64,000 bases of DNA from Candidatus Poribacteria bacterium (GTDB lineage Bacteria > Poribacteria > WGA-4E > WGA-3G), in assembly GCA_965214095.1 (NCBI GenBank), contig OZ243938.1, forward strand, positions 1,248,001 through 1,312,000, written 5' to 3'. Under the pieces are notes generated by a model. The model was given only the letters and a program-made list of their open reading frames with translations. It did not search any database and had not been told where the DNA came from. Each line of letters opens with the position of its first letter. Position 1 is the stretch's first letter. A program made the translations under genes and the position numbers. Below, in pieces: positions 1-9,884 of this stretch.

Positions 1-2
1 TG

Positions 3-542
3 TGGCTTAGTGATATACACAATCTAACAAGGTTTACTTGTTATCAACCATTATATAATCTTGTTGTGCGTGACATTGAACAAGAATTAGTTCCTCTCTG
101 CGAAAATAAAGGGTTAGGAATTGTCGTATGGAGTCCATTAGCAGGCGGGTTTCTCTCTGGTAAATATAAACCGGGTGAGAGACAACAATCTGGATCAAGG
201 TCAGAAGAAGGATGGGCGTTCCCACAACGCTATTTCGCTGAAAATACAGACGAAACCTTACAAACGCTTATTGATGTTGCAGATGAATTGGGATATAGTC
301 CCGCACAGGTTACGCTACGTTGGACACTTCAACAACGTGCAATCACCTCAGCAATAGTCGGTGCACGACACACACAGCATTTGCAGGATAATCTCGGTGC
401 AGTAGGATGGAAATTAGAAGGTAAAGCACTGGAGAGGCTGAATGAAATCTCTCATCTGCCTGATCGATATCCGGAGGCTATGGAAAAAAATATGCATGAA
501 CGTCGCGATGCCGCAGTTGATATGCCAATTCGGTTGTTTTGA
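3..542 (+). CDS. Aldo/keto reductase, 5' end outside the window
   Basis: Frame is open from the window start (WLSDIHNLTRFTCYQPLYNLVVRDIEQE); AKR motifs WSPLAGGFLSGKY, PAQVTLRW, AIVGAR, QLQDNLGA. Confidence 0.9.
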   Translation, partial: WLSDIHNLTRFTCYQPLYNLVVRDIEQELVPLCENKGLGIVVWSPLAGGFLSGKYKPGERQQSGSRSEEGWAFPQRYFAENTDETLQTLIDVADELGYSPAQVTLRWTLQQRAITSAIVGARHTQHLQDNLGAVGWKLEGKALERLNEISHLPDRYPEAMEKNMHERRDAAVDMPIRLF

Positions 543-775
543 TACGAAATCAAATGAAGATAAAGGTCTTACACACTTATAGGTAGATTGAAAAAGGCGA
601 ACTTTTCACAAAAAAAATTGACTAAATTACGATAGGACTTAGGTAAGTCATATTTAACGAAAACACAACAATTTATGTAAAATACACCATTTAATCGATG
701 TGTGTATAGAATCTATGAGGATGCTATATGTCCGATTAGCTGCATAAATTCGTTCAATTCAGAGGAGGAATTCCG

Positions 776-871
776 ATGGAGAAGTGGAAAGTTATTGCAA
801 TTGTGGGTGTGGTTGTACTTGTTGTAGGCACTGCTGTTGTCATTGGTAGTATGGTAATTACATCTAAATAA
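776..871 (+). pseudogene. 31-aa N-terminal membrane-anchor fragment, probably the start of a periplasmic adaptor (MacA-like) gene
   Basis: Strong RBS GAGGAGG, then MEKWKVIAIVGVVVLVVGTAVVIGSMVITSK*; runs directly into a MacB C-terminal fragment in another frame. Confidence 0.5.
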
Positions 872-872
872 A

Positions 873-1322
873 GAAGCAGGCTTCCATATACGTAACCAAG
901 CGGAATTCATGGAAACTTTGGAAGAATCAAGCCAGACATTTACAAATATGATTTTAGGTATTGCTGTTGTTTCTTTACTTGTGGGTGGTATTGGAATTAT
1001 GAATATCATGTTGGTCTCGGTTACAGAACGGACTAAAGAGATCGGTCTTCGCAAAGCTGTTGGGGCACAACGTTTAGATATCCTTGCCCAATTCCTTGTT
1101 GAATCTACAACATTGGCATTGATTGGAGGAATTGTCGGTGTCGGTTTTGGTATAGTTGGTGCTGAAATGGTACCATCGCTTTGGGGGTGGCGTACAGTTA
1201 TTTCACCCATTTACGGAGTGCTTTCTTTCATAGTAAGTGCACTTGTCGGTATATTCTTTGGTGCGTATCCTGCTTGGAAAGCAGCCAAACTTCATCCGAT
1301 TGATGCCTTGCGACATGAATAA
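873..1322 (+). pseudogene. C-terminal fragment of a MacB/FtsX-family ABC permease
   Basis: F.IRNQAE..GIAVVSLLVGGIGIMNIMLVSVTERTKEIGLRKAVGA..PAWKAAKLHPIDALRHE; TM1 and the periplasmic domain are missing, with an in-frame stop at 855-857. Confidence 0.8.
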
Positions 1323-1362
1323 CATGCTCATAGAATTAGAACTATGAGAATTAAACATTTAT

Positions 1363-1532
1363 TATAGTAAAAACCTTAATATTACACACGACGGTAGGTT
1401 CGGTTTCCTTAATATTTACACACGACGGTAGGTTCGGTTTCCTAACCGAACCAGTGTTTGTTCAGTCTCATAGATGCGGTTAGGAAACCGCATCTACCGC
1501 GGAGTGTGCACGTGTTTTTACATTTCACTATA
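1363..1532. mobile_element. MITE-like element family A, copy 1: TIRs plus a REP doublet, with an internal 33/34-bp tandem duplication
   Basis: TATAGT...ACTATA ends with imperfect TIRs of about 28 bp; GTAG REPs at 1428-1452 (+) and 1471-1497 (-); homologous to the reverse complement of 51185-51321. Confidence 0.8.
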
Positions 1533-1555
1533 AATCCTATTGAGGAGGGATTGAC

Positions 1556-2272
1556 ATGTCACAAACTGCAGTGATTGCAGGAGTAGGTCCAGGTTTAGGT
1601 GCAGCTATTGCCCGTAAATTTGCTAACGAAGGATGCCACCTTGCACTACTTTCACGTTCATCACCCTACATTATCAATCTATCAAACAGATTGGAAGAAG
1701 AGGGCATATCTGTCCTTCCAATCCCAACAGATATAACGGATGCTACACAAGTTGAAGCAAGTTTTGACCAAATCCGAGACGAATTTGGAGCACCGGATAT
1801 CTTGGTAAATCATGCTGGAAATGCAGCGTGGGGAAACCTGTCAGAACTTACACCAGATGCATTTGAAAGTGCATGGCGTGTTTGCACGCTCGGCGCGTTT
1901 CACTGTATTAAGCAGGTTGTTCCAGATATGCTTGAAAAAAAAAGTGGAACAATCCTATTTTCTGGGGCAACATCTGCTGTGCGTGGGAGAGCAGGGGCAA
2001 TTGCATTTAGCAGTGCAAAATACGCTATGCGCGGATTGGCTTCTTCACTTGCTCGAGAAGTTGGTCCACAAGGTATTCATGTTGCACACATTATCATTGA
2101 TGGTGTTATCAACACACCTAATCTACGAGAACGGTATCAAGTAAAAGAAGGAGACCCTTTACTTGAACCTGATGCCATCGCAGACACATATTGGGCACTC
2201 ATTCAACAGGAAAGAAGTGCATGGAGTTTTGAGGTAGATGTCCGTCCATACAACGAGGAATTCTTCACATAA
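1556..2272 (+). CDS. SDR family oxidoreductase
   Basis: AVIAGVGPGLG Rossmann motif, LVNHAG, SGATSA, FSSAKYAMRGL; RBS GAGGAGG. Confidence 0.92.
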   Translation: MSQTAVIAGVGPGLGAAIARKFANEGCHLALLSRSSPYIINLSNRLEEEGISVLPIPTDITDATQVEASFDQIRDEFGAPDILVNHAGNAAWGNLSELTPDAFESAWRVCTLGAFHCIKQVVPDMLEKKSGTILFSGATSAVRGRAGAIAFSSAKYAMRGLASSLAREVGPQGIHVAHIIIDGVINTPNLRERYQVKEGDPLLEPDAIADTYWALIQQERSAWSFEVDVRPYNEEFFT

Positions 2273-2321
2273 CAGGTAATCTTAATGTGTGATGTAAATT
2301 ATTGATACTCAAAAGGAGGAA

Positions 2322-3425
2322 ATGATGATCAGAATTAATAAGATACTAACCTTCATATTAATCGGTTTTACGGTTCTGTTTATACAAACAGTTGTTGAAG
2401 GAAAATGGACTGTCCTACGAGAAGACGATATTATTCGTGGTGATGGCATTCAAGGAATGTTACATGATGTGCATTTTTTTGATCAAGAGAACGGTTTGGT
2501 AGTAGGTGATAACGGATTAATGCTAACTACAGACGATGGTGGCAAAACGTGGAAGAAAATAGAAGCCAACACCAGACCACAAGGAACTACTCCCGGACAA
2601 AGACCGGGTCGTCCTGGAGGAGCTGGCGGCGGTCCACCCGCAGGATTTGGTGGTGGCGGCATACCGACTCTCTATAATATCTATTTTGTCAATGAAAACA
2701 TTGGTTACATCACTGGGGCAAGAGGAACTATCCTAAAAACAGATGATAGTGGAAAAACTTGGAACAGAAAAGTCGCAAGAAATGAGAACGCAAGACCGAA
2801 TCCTAACCGACGTGGTGGCGGAATACGTGCAAACCTGATGGGAATACAGATGATTAGCGATACAGTCGGTTTCATCGCTGGTTCAGAAAACACTATCCTC
2901 AAGACAACTGATGGTGGAGAGACCTGGTTAGGTAGTTCTGAACGCGCACGGGTCGGCGAAACTCGTAATAATTTAGAAAATATTTGGTTTGTTACTCCTA
3001 CAACAGGGTGGGTGATCGGTTCTTATGGAACACTATTACACACAACTGATAGTGGGGAAACTTGGAAAAAACTGGACCCTGGGGTGGATAACAACCTTTT
3101 TGGTATCCATTTTGTCAATGAAACAACTGGGTGGATTAGTGGACAGGAAGGCTTAATCCTGCACACCAGTGATGGTGGCAAAACATGGAATGAGCAAGAA
3201 ACAGACTCTTTTGACAATTTACATGATATTATGTTTGTTGATGAAACAGTCGGTTGGGCAGCGGGAGATTTCGGTTCAGTCCTTCATACCAACGATGGTG
3301 GGAAAACATGGAAAGCTACAAAAGCTGGAGGGAGTGGCACCATCAAAGGCTTATTCGCAACTGATAAAGACCATTGCTGGACAGTGGACGACTGGGGTGT
3401 TATCTCAGCATACAAAGGAAAATAA
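2322..3425 (+). CDS. Secreted YCF48/BNR-repeat beta-propeller protein
   Basis: Signal peptide; repeated 'vG..G.ILkTtDGGkTW' Asp-box units. Confidence 0.88.
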   Translation: MMIRINKILTFILIGFTVLFIQTVVEGKWTVLREDDIIRGDGIQGMLHDVHFFDQENGLVVGDNGLMLTTDDGGKTWKKIEANTRPQGTTPGQRPGRPGGAGGGPPAGFGGGGIPTLYNIYFVNENIGYITGARGTILKTDDSGKTWNRKVARNENARPNPNRRGGGIRANLMGIQMISDTVGFIAGSENTILKTTDGGETWLGSSERARVGETRNNLENIWFVTPTTGWVIGSYGTLLHTTDSGETWKKLDPGVDNNLFGIHFVNETTGWISGQEGLILHTSDGGKTWNEQETDSFDNLHDIMFVDETVGWAAGDFGSVLHTNDGGKTWKATKAGGSGTIKGLFATDKDHCWTVDDWGVISAYKGK

Positions 3426-3452
3426 CCGTCAACTCATAATCATATCCCGTTC

Positions 3453-3474
3453 GTAGTCGCGCAATTCATTGCGC
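3453..3474 (+). repeat. Solo GTAG-type REP palindrome
   Basis: GTAGTC-GCGCAAT-TC-ATTGCGC in an intergenic gap. Confidence 0.6.
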
Positions 3475-3504
3475 CTCTTACATTAAAATTAAATAAGGAG
3501 ACAA

Positions 3505-4716
3505 ATGTCAGACCAGAATAACCATAAAGTTACTATGCTCGGTACAGGACTCATCGGCATGTTCTACACGATGACACTCCATAACCAACGAGGTGGAGAC
3601 CGTGTGCATGTCGCCTATTCACGACGTGAAGAACGCGTAAACGAATTTGCACAAGAATGGAATATCCCGAATGCAACTACCGATTTAGCTGAAGCCATAA
3701 ATCATCCAGAGACAGATGTCGTTGTCATCGGTTTACCTAACAACTTACATCTGAATGCCGTAGAACTCGCTGCCAAAGCTGGAAAAGCCATTCTCTGCAC
3801 GAAACCACTCGGACGCACAGCCGCTGAGGGTAAAGCGATGTTGGATGCGGTGGAAAACGCAGGAGTTTTTGGTGGGTATCTTGAAGATTTGGTCTATCCA
3901 CCCAAAACGCTAAAAGCATTAGAATCAGTTCAAAATGGTGCACTCGGCAAGATTCTGTGGGTTCGTTCACGTGAAACACACCCCGGTCCACATAGCGATT
4001 GGTTTTGGGATTTAGAACAGGCAGGTGGTGGTGCTATCGTTGATATGGGATGCCACTGTATTGAGATTATCCGAAATTTCGTTGGAAAGAACAATAAGCC
4101 ACTTGAGGTGATGTGTTGGGCTGATACACTTGTTCATCCTATTGATGCTGAGGATCACGGCATCGCACTTATCCGCTTTGAAAGTGGTGCGATGGGACAG
4201 TTTGAAGTAAGTTGGGCTTTCCGAGGTGGTATGGATTTGCGAGATGAAGTATCCGGTAGTGAAGGAACAATCTGGCTCAACCACTGGCTAAGAACCGGTT
4301 TTGAGATGTTCACTGCAGTAGGTCAAGGTGGTTATGTTGCAGAAAAAGCAGAGGGAGATACCGGTTGGTTATTCCCTGTCGGTGATGAAGTTGCAGAACT
4401 CGGTTATAGAGATATGTTCCTGGATATGTTCAACGCTATTGATGAAGACAGGGAACCTTTAGAAACATTCTATGACGGATATGTCGTTAATGCTATCATT
4501 GATGCTTGCTACAAATCAGCAAAGTCAAAACAGTGGGAAGCAGTCGAACTTGAAGACTGGCGCGGTGAAACCGATATTGAAGACATTCAAGCTGATCAGA
4601 AAGATGCTGATGATAAATTGGCACATCTCAAGGATGAACTGCTGCCTGATGGAAGAAAGAAACGCATCTTCAGAAACCGTGAAACTGGTGAGATTATTGA
4701 ACGGGTTGAGGAATAG
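3505..4716 (+). CDS. Gfo/Idh/MocA family oxidoreductase
   Basis: [40 protein letters not shown]. Confidence 0.92.
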   Translation: MSDQNNHKVTMLGTGLIGMFYTMTLHNQRGGDRVHVAYSRREERVNEFAQEWNIPNATTDLAEAINHPETDVVVIGLPNNLHLNAVELAAKAGKAILCTKPLGRTAAEGKAMLDAVENAGVFGGYLEDLVYPPKTLKALESVQNGALGKILWVRSRETHPGPHSDWFWDLEQAGGGAIVDMGCHCIEIIRNFVGKNNKPLEVMCWADTLVHPIDAEDHGIALIRFESGAMGQFEVSWAFRGGMDLRDEVSGSEGTIWLNHWLRTGFEMFTAVGQGGYVAEKAEGDTGWLFPVGDEVAELGYRDMFLDMFNAIDEDREPLETFYDGYVVNAIIDACYKSAKSKQWEAVELEDWRGETDIEDIQADQKDADDKLAHLKDELLPDGRKKRIFRNRETGEIIERVEE

Positions 4717-4727
4717 GGTATTAGGAT

Positions 4728-5570
4728 ATGGACACAAGTTGGCTTGAATACTGCGCAACAGATGAACAACTCAACGCATTTAATGACAGCGGTTATCTCG
4801 TCGTTGAGGATGCAATTACACCTGAGATGGTAGACAAGTTAGAGGAAGTAGCAGATCGGATTGATGCAGAGGAACGCGCTAAAACTGGATTGGCATCACA
4901 CAAACTCCTATCAAAGTTCCGCACTGTCATTGACGACGACTTACTTCTGGAATTGCTTGATAACAAGAAGGTCTTTCCACTGCTCTGGGACATCTTAGGA
5001 TGGAACATACAACTATACATTTCACACCTCATCATGTATCCCCCTGAACCTGCCGAAACACCACGTGTCACCAAGGCAGCACATTGGCATCAGGACGGTG
5101 GCAGACCAATTCCTGAGATGGAAAGACCACATCCTCGACTATCACTGAAAGTCAGTTATTGGCTAAGTGATGTTGCGAATCGTGATAACGGTGCAATGCG
5201 ACTTATACCGGGTAGCCATAAACTTGACAAATTGCCGCCAAGGAACAATCCTGATGAAGACCCCGACGGAGCAATTGATTTGATTGTTAAACGCGGGACT
5301 GCAGTGCTATTTGATAGAAGAATGTGGCATTCACGTGGATGGAATTTCTCCAGTGTAACCCGAAAGGTTCTGTTTATGGGATATAGTTACCGGTGGTTGC
5401 GTGGATTGGATTACAACCTTATGCCACCAGAACTCCTTGAAAAATGTGATCCGATTCGAAGGCAGTTGTTAGGTGACGGTGTGAACATAAAAGGCTGGTG
5501 GCAACCCACTGACGCAGATGTCCCATTGAAAACTTGGATTGCAAAACATCGTGGTGAGGAATATCTTTGA
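4728..5570 (+). CDS. Phytanoyl-CoA dioxygenase (PhyH) family 2OG-Fe(II) oxygenase
   Basis: GYLVVEDAI, WHQD, GAMRLIPGSH, FDRRMWH (HxD...H triad). Confidence 0.92.
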   Translation: MDTSWLEYCATDEQLNAFNDSGYLVVEDAITPEMVDKLEEVADRIDAEERAKTGLASHKLLSKFRTVIDDDLLLELLDNKKVFPLLWDILGWNIQLYISHLIMYPPEPAETPRVTKAAHWHQDGGRPIPEMERPHPRLSLKVSYWLSDVANRDNGAMRLIPGSHKLDKLPPRNNPDEDPDGAIDLIVKRGTAVLFDRRMWHSRGWNFSSVTRKVLFMGYSYRWLRGLDYNLMPPELLEKCDPIRRQLLGDGVNIKGWWQPTDADVPLKTWIAKHRGEEYL

Positions 5571-5580
5571 TGATATAGTA

Positions 5581-6645
5581 TTACAACGTGTCCTTCCCTT
5601 CTGTTAACCACGCCAAATCAAACTTTGCAAACGACAACGTCTCAGAAGCACCGCGTTCACCACGTTCATAAAGACAGCATATATTCATATCTGAATCGAT
5701 ACAGAGATCAGAATACGCAGCGGGACCTTCGTGCAGGACTTTCCCCTCGTTCCAGCTACGGCATTCATCATAACTGATACGAATTGTCATTTTCTCGCGT
5801 CCAGTACTTGCAGGATTAGAGAACAACACGCGATTCTTATCGTGTGAATTGGCATCCGTAAAACGAACCATGCTGGCTTGACATATCGGTTCAATCAAGT
5901 TATCGTCATAACCGAATTCAGTGAACGTATCCCCACCGTCTGAACTCCAAGCATAAGCACGACGTTTAGGTGCTACATAATTACGACAATTGAAATAGAG
6001 GTTGCCATCCACCGTTTCAACCACAACTGACTCGTTGGTTCCCGGTTGTGCATCCCCCGCCATACGCCATGTCTCACCATGATCATCACTAACAATTAGA
6101 TGGGAATAACCCATCTCAGCATAGTTACGACTTTGACCAAGAACATGATCACATGGAATCACCAACCTACCACTTACTAATTGAATACCGTGACAAGGTC
6201 CGGTTGCATACCATGTCCAGGTATCCAATTTCGTATCAGAAGTGATCTCTCTCGGTTCTGACCAAGTTTCGCCATCATCCGAACTGGAGGTAACCCAGAC
6301 AGTCCGTGGTGCTTCTCCAGCGATGATCTTCCCTTCACCACCATCAGCGTAGTTCTTACAAAACAGTAGCCAAATAGTTCCAGTATCTCTGTCAACAACA
6401 GGCGCGGGATTACCATCCGTATCTGCCCCAGTGGATACTGCAACTTGCAGCGGTTGCCATGTCTCTCCGTTGTCAAAACTGCGTTTCAAAACAATATCAA
6501 TATCGCCAGAATCGCCTCCACCCTTTCGTCTTCCCTCACAGAACGCTAATAATGTTCCATCTTTTGATGCAACGAGTGCTGGAATACGAAAAGTGTTATA
6601 TCCTTCTGTCCCTGACGTAAAAAGCGGACTCTCTGTTTTATACAT
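5581..6645 (-). CDS. Exo-alpha-sialidase (GH33/BNR)
   Basis: FRIP motif, Asp boxes (SFDNGETW, SSDDGETW, SDDHGETW, SSDGGDTF), AAYSDL, LYE. Confidence 0.93.
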   Translation of the reverse strand: MYKTESPLFTSGTEGYNTFRIPALVASKDGTLLAFCEGRRKGGGDSGDIDIVLKRSFDNGETWQPLQVAVSTGADTDGNPAPVVDRDTGTIWLLFCKNYADGGEGKIIAGEAPRTVWVTSSSDDGETWSEPREITSDTKLDTWTWYATGPCHGIQLVSGRLVIPCDHVLGQSRNYAEMGYSHLIVSDDHGETWRMAGDAQPGTNESVVVETVDGNLYFNCRNYVAPKRRAYAWSSDGGDTFTEFGYDDNLIEPICQASMVRFTDANSHDKNRVLFSNPASTGREKMTIRISYDECRSWNEGKVLHEGPAAYSDLCIDSDMNICCLYERGERGASETLSFAKFDLAWLTEGKDTL

Positions 6646-6669
6646 CTAATACCTCTTTATGTTACAAAG

Positions 6670-6788
6670 TATAGTAAAGTTTAGAATTAAGAAGACATTT
6701 CAATGCGCTTGCAAGTACTACAAGTCCCATAGGGGCGAGGTTTCCTCGCCCTCTGAGATGTGTCCTATTAACTGTAAATTCCACTGTA
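6670..6788. mobile_element. MITE-like element family B, copy 1 (119 bp, TIRs plus one REP)
   Basis: Imperfect TIRs of about 28 bp starting TATAGT; internal (A)TAGGGGCGAGGTTTCCTCGCCC; about 10 mismatches to 16272-16390. Confidence 0.85.
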
Positions 6789-6802
6789 TATTTTACAATT
6801 GA

Positions 6803-7522
6803 CTATTTCACACTTTTCAATTTTCCCCAAGTAGTTGCCAATTTCCCTGCGGGTTGCACAGGAGCAGGATCGTCAAGCACTAATTCATCAGCTTCTTTCT
6901 GATGATCCGAGATCCGAAGACCATCAACGACACAATTCGTTGGGAATTTGGGGTCCGGTGGCGATGCGTTATTAATTTCAAATGTTTCTGCAAATACAGT
7001 TGGACCTTTATCTGATGGGTCCTCTCCTGCCAATTCACCATCAAGGTAGAGTTTCAGTCCATCTGGACCCCAAGTCCCTGCCATGTGGTGATGTTCACCC
7101 TTTTTCCACTGGAGGGGTTCACTATCAGCATTGATCCATGCGTTAGCACTTTTGATCCGCATCTGTGCAATACCACCATTGTTGAACTGTAGAAATATAG
7201 CGTCAGTACCGCGTTTGTAAGTCATAAAGGTAAAGAGTTCACCGGTGATAGTGCTGGTATCCATTCCCATTGTTACCCATAACTCTATTGTGCCTTCTTC
7301 AAGGTTGACAAAGCGGTCTTCTACCGGAAAGTGGATGACATCCCCTACTTCTTCACTTAAAAATCCGTTACCAAATTTACCTGGAACAAAACTACCACCA
7401 TCTACAGTACCACCCGCTTCTTCAACTTCCGCTTGACTTTCAAGCGCAGAGAAGAATGTCTCTTCAGCTGAGACAAGGGAACAACACAGCAACATTATTG
7501 TTATTATGTACAAAGTTTTCAT
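6803..7522 (-). CDS. Secreted LamG/concanavalin-like domain protein with C-terminal TTWG tail
   Basis: Signal peptide, GKFGNG, GTIELWV, HHMAGTW..LYLDG, tail PVQPAGKLATTWGKLK. Confidence 0.85.
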   Translation of the reverse strand: MKTLYIITIMLLCCSLVSAEETFFSALESQAEVEEAGGTVDGGSFVPGKFGNGFLSEEVGDVIHFPVEDRFVNLEEGTIELWVTMGMDTSTITGELFTFMTYKRGTDAIFLQFNNGGIAQMRIKSANAWINADSEPLQWKKGEHHHMAGTWGPDGLKLYLDGELAGEDPSDKGPTVFAETFEINNASPPDPKFPTNCVVDGLRISDHQKEADELVLDDPAPVQPAGKLATTWGKLKSVK

Positions 7523-7636
7523 GAATTTCTCCTTATTTTATTATTGTTTGGGTGTCAATATGAACACTTATTGTGGTTATATCTATTGTAAAGCATACAC
7601 ATTTCAAAATCAACTTACATTTAGGTTTGCATCAGT

Positions 7637-9112
7637 TCACTCAGTTGACAGCACACAGTTATTCTCAAAAATTGGACATAAATCACAGAGCTGATCAACA
7701 CAGTAGTTCTTATATAGTCGAATTATTCCTTGCTGGGTTTTCGCTGTAGGTTTAATCATACGCATCGGCTGTGCTTCGTTGAAAACCTGTTTACCTACCT
7801 GACGAATAATACTATTTTCCTGCATTTTTGTAAAGTCACTATAAAGTGATAGAATAGCATCCTGTAACTGTTTACTCTCCGATTCCACTGCCCATATATA
7901 CGCAACTGGCAAGATTTTATTGACTAAGATGTCCACTGCTCTATCCGACCCAATGAGTTTTGCATTCTTGGTGCCACCTTTGCCAAAATTGGAATGTGTT
8001 TCCCAGTAACCTGTCGGTTCAAGTATTAACAGATCAAGAAGATTGTTTCTGATATTACGCAACATACTGGAAGTGTCAATATCCCCCGCCATTTCACATG
8101 TGGGGAGAAAATACATCATCAAACTTCCTTTGCACTGAAAAATCAATTGACTCATCGCTACGATACGTCTGACAGGATGATTATTTGGGCGAATCCGACC
8201 AAATCGCCATTTTGTTCCTACCATACATTCTGTTCGTTTAGCATGTTCTGATACTTCCCATAATTTCTCTAACGCTACGATATACGGATTTTCTGTTTCA
8301 TTCGCAGGCAAAGGTTTTTCTAATTGAGAAGGCAACAAACCAGCAACCCCAAACAGTATGGCTTGTATCTCATGTTCTGATTTGTGATCAAATTCAGAAA
8401 AAGGTACTCGTTGTGCTAACTCACGTAAGGGTTTGCTATTTTGCGAATATCCCAATGCTTCCATTATCCCTTCATAGAGGATTTGCTCAAAATTCAGGCG
8501 CGTTCTCAAAAGGCGGATAGCATCTGTTTTCTCTAAAAATCGCTCTGTTCCTAACGTGTCAAACACATCTTTCAGATTGTCTAAATTCAATCGGTTTCCA
8601 GTAACTCTACAAAAATTGTTGGCATCCTCCTCTGATTGAGTTGTCTCATCATATAGGTCCCCAATTGGAGCATCTATCCATTTGAGGAGTTCCAACGTTG
8701 AAATCCGTTTTCCATTCTGAAGACGCGTGCGAAGATTGAAGTCATCACCATATAGAACAACATGCAGGACAACCCGATTATATCTTGAATTCAGATGGTG
8801 TTTATGTGCATACCATTCTGACGATTTGACATGGATTTCAATATCGCCAACAAGTAGTTTACCATTGATTTCTATCTCTGCGTGCAAAAAATCGGGCCCC
8901 TCTTCTTTATTCCAAACACCCGGTTTTAGTACACGAATCTCTTTGCCATCTATTGAAATGAGATTTGTATTGAAAAAACGTTGTCCATGCCACAATTTCT
9001 GGACGAATTCTTCTTTTATCTTGTCAAAATCTGGTTCATAAACATGATCTACCTCTCTGTACTGCTTTGTTGAAAATGCATCTGTTTTGTAATCATAATT
9101 TGTTCCCTTCAT
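7637..9112 (-). CDS. DUF2851 family protein
   Basis: KEEFVQKLW, PGVWN..GPDF, GDIEIH..SSEWYAHKH..YNRVVLHVV, EALGYSQN, RPNNHPVRRI, C-terminal YC..LC.LCPI. Confidence 0.85.
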   Translation of the reverse strand: MKGTNYDYKTDAFSTKQYREVDHVYEPDFDKIKEEFVQKLWHGQRFFNTNLISIDGKEIRVLKPGVWNKEEGPDFLHAEIEINGKLLVGDIEIHVKSSEWYAHKHHLNSRYNRVVLHVVLYGDDFNLRTRLQNGKRISTLELLKWIDAPIGDLYDETTQSEEDANNFCRVTGNRLNLDNLKDVFDTLGTERFLEKTDAIRLLRTRLNFEQILYEGIMEALGYSQNSKPLRELAQRVPFSEFDHKSEHEIQAILFGVAGLLPSQLEKPLPANETENPYIVALEKLWEVSEHAKRTECMVGTKWRFGRIRPNNHPVRRIVAMSQLIFQCKGSLMMYFLPTCEMAGDIDTSSMLRNIRNNLLDLLILEPTGYWETHSNFGKGGTKNAKLIGSDRAVDILVNKILPVAYIWAVESESKQLQDAILSLYSDFTKMQENSIIRQVGKQVFNEAQPMRMIKPTAKTQQGIIRLYKNYCVDQLCDLCPIFENNCVLSTE

Positions 9113-9138
9113 GTTTGTTTTTTACTCCGTAAACTATT

Positions 9139-9774
9139 TTAGGTCTGTTTTGCTTGTTGTATTTCTTGCATTAGGTTTCTTGTTGCCACAAGCGGATCTT
9201 TCTGTCCACACACCGCAGAAATCACTGCAATACCGTGTGCACCTGCATTAATCACATCTGCAGCAGTATCTATCGTTATCCCACCAATGGCTATCACTGG
9301 ACACGTTGCAATCTCACACATCCGACGCAATCCTTCTAAACCCTTAGGTCTTTCAGCATCTGATTTTGAACAAGTCTGATAGATCGGTCCATATCCAATA
9401 TAATCTGCCCCTTCAGAAATTGCCTCAAGTATTTTCTCTTCAGTTCGTGCGGAGGCACCGATAACGGTCTCTGTGGATAGTATCCGTCTACCAATTGCAA
9501 CTGGCATGTCATCTTGTCCAAAGTGTGTTCCATCTGTCCCAACTGCAAGCGCGATGTCTGCCCTGTCATTTACAATCAACGGCACGTTGTGTTTTGTGCA
9601 TATTTCTTTCATCTGCTGCGCGGTTTCCATCAACTCGCGCGTTGTTCCATCTTTCTGACGGAACTGGATTGTATCTGCGCCACCTTGTATTGCAAGTTCA
9701 GCAAGTTGCGCATGACTAAACCGAGTTTGTCCTGTTGTATCTGTGATGACGTGTAGAACACCAATATTTTTCAT
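9139..9774 (-). CDS. thiE: Thiamine phosphate synthase
   Basis: IQFRQK, LIVNDRADIA, HFGQDD, GADYIGYGPIYQTCSK, IAIGGI. Confidence 0.9.
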   Translation of the reverse strand: MKNIGVLHVITDTTGQTRFSHAQLAELAIQGGADTIQFRQKDGTTRELMETAQQMKEICTKHNVPLIVNDRADIALAVGTDGTHFGQDDMPVAIGRRILSTETVIGASARTEEKILEAISEGADYIGYGPIYQTCSKSDAERPKGLEGLRRMCEIATCPVIAIGGITIDTAADVINAGAHGIAVISAVCGQKDPLVATRNLMQEIQQAKQT

Positions 9775-9884
9775 GTTGGATTTCTATTGAATATATGCTA
9801 TGTTAATGGGAATGTCTGTTTTGGAGAAAGTTTCCCAGAAATACGATTGATCCTAATTAGTATAACACATAAAGGAGTTTGTTT

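Noticed and set aside
632-716. TAGGACTTAGGTAAGTCA hairpin as another TIR element
   Set aside because: Only a short stem, no convincing partner end and no REP cargo; possibly a decayed relic.
713-1210. 165-aa minus-strand ORF
   Set aside because: Antisense shadow of the MacB fragment with no recognisable motifs.
1374-1443. Two 33/34-bp direct repeats resembling a mini CRISPR array
   Set aside because: No spacer between the units and no cas genes; explained as a duplication inside element A by comparison with 51185-51321.
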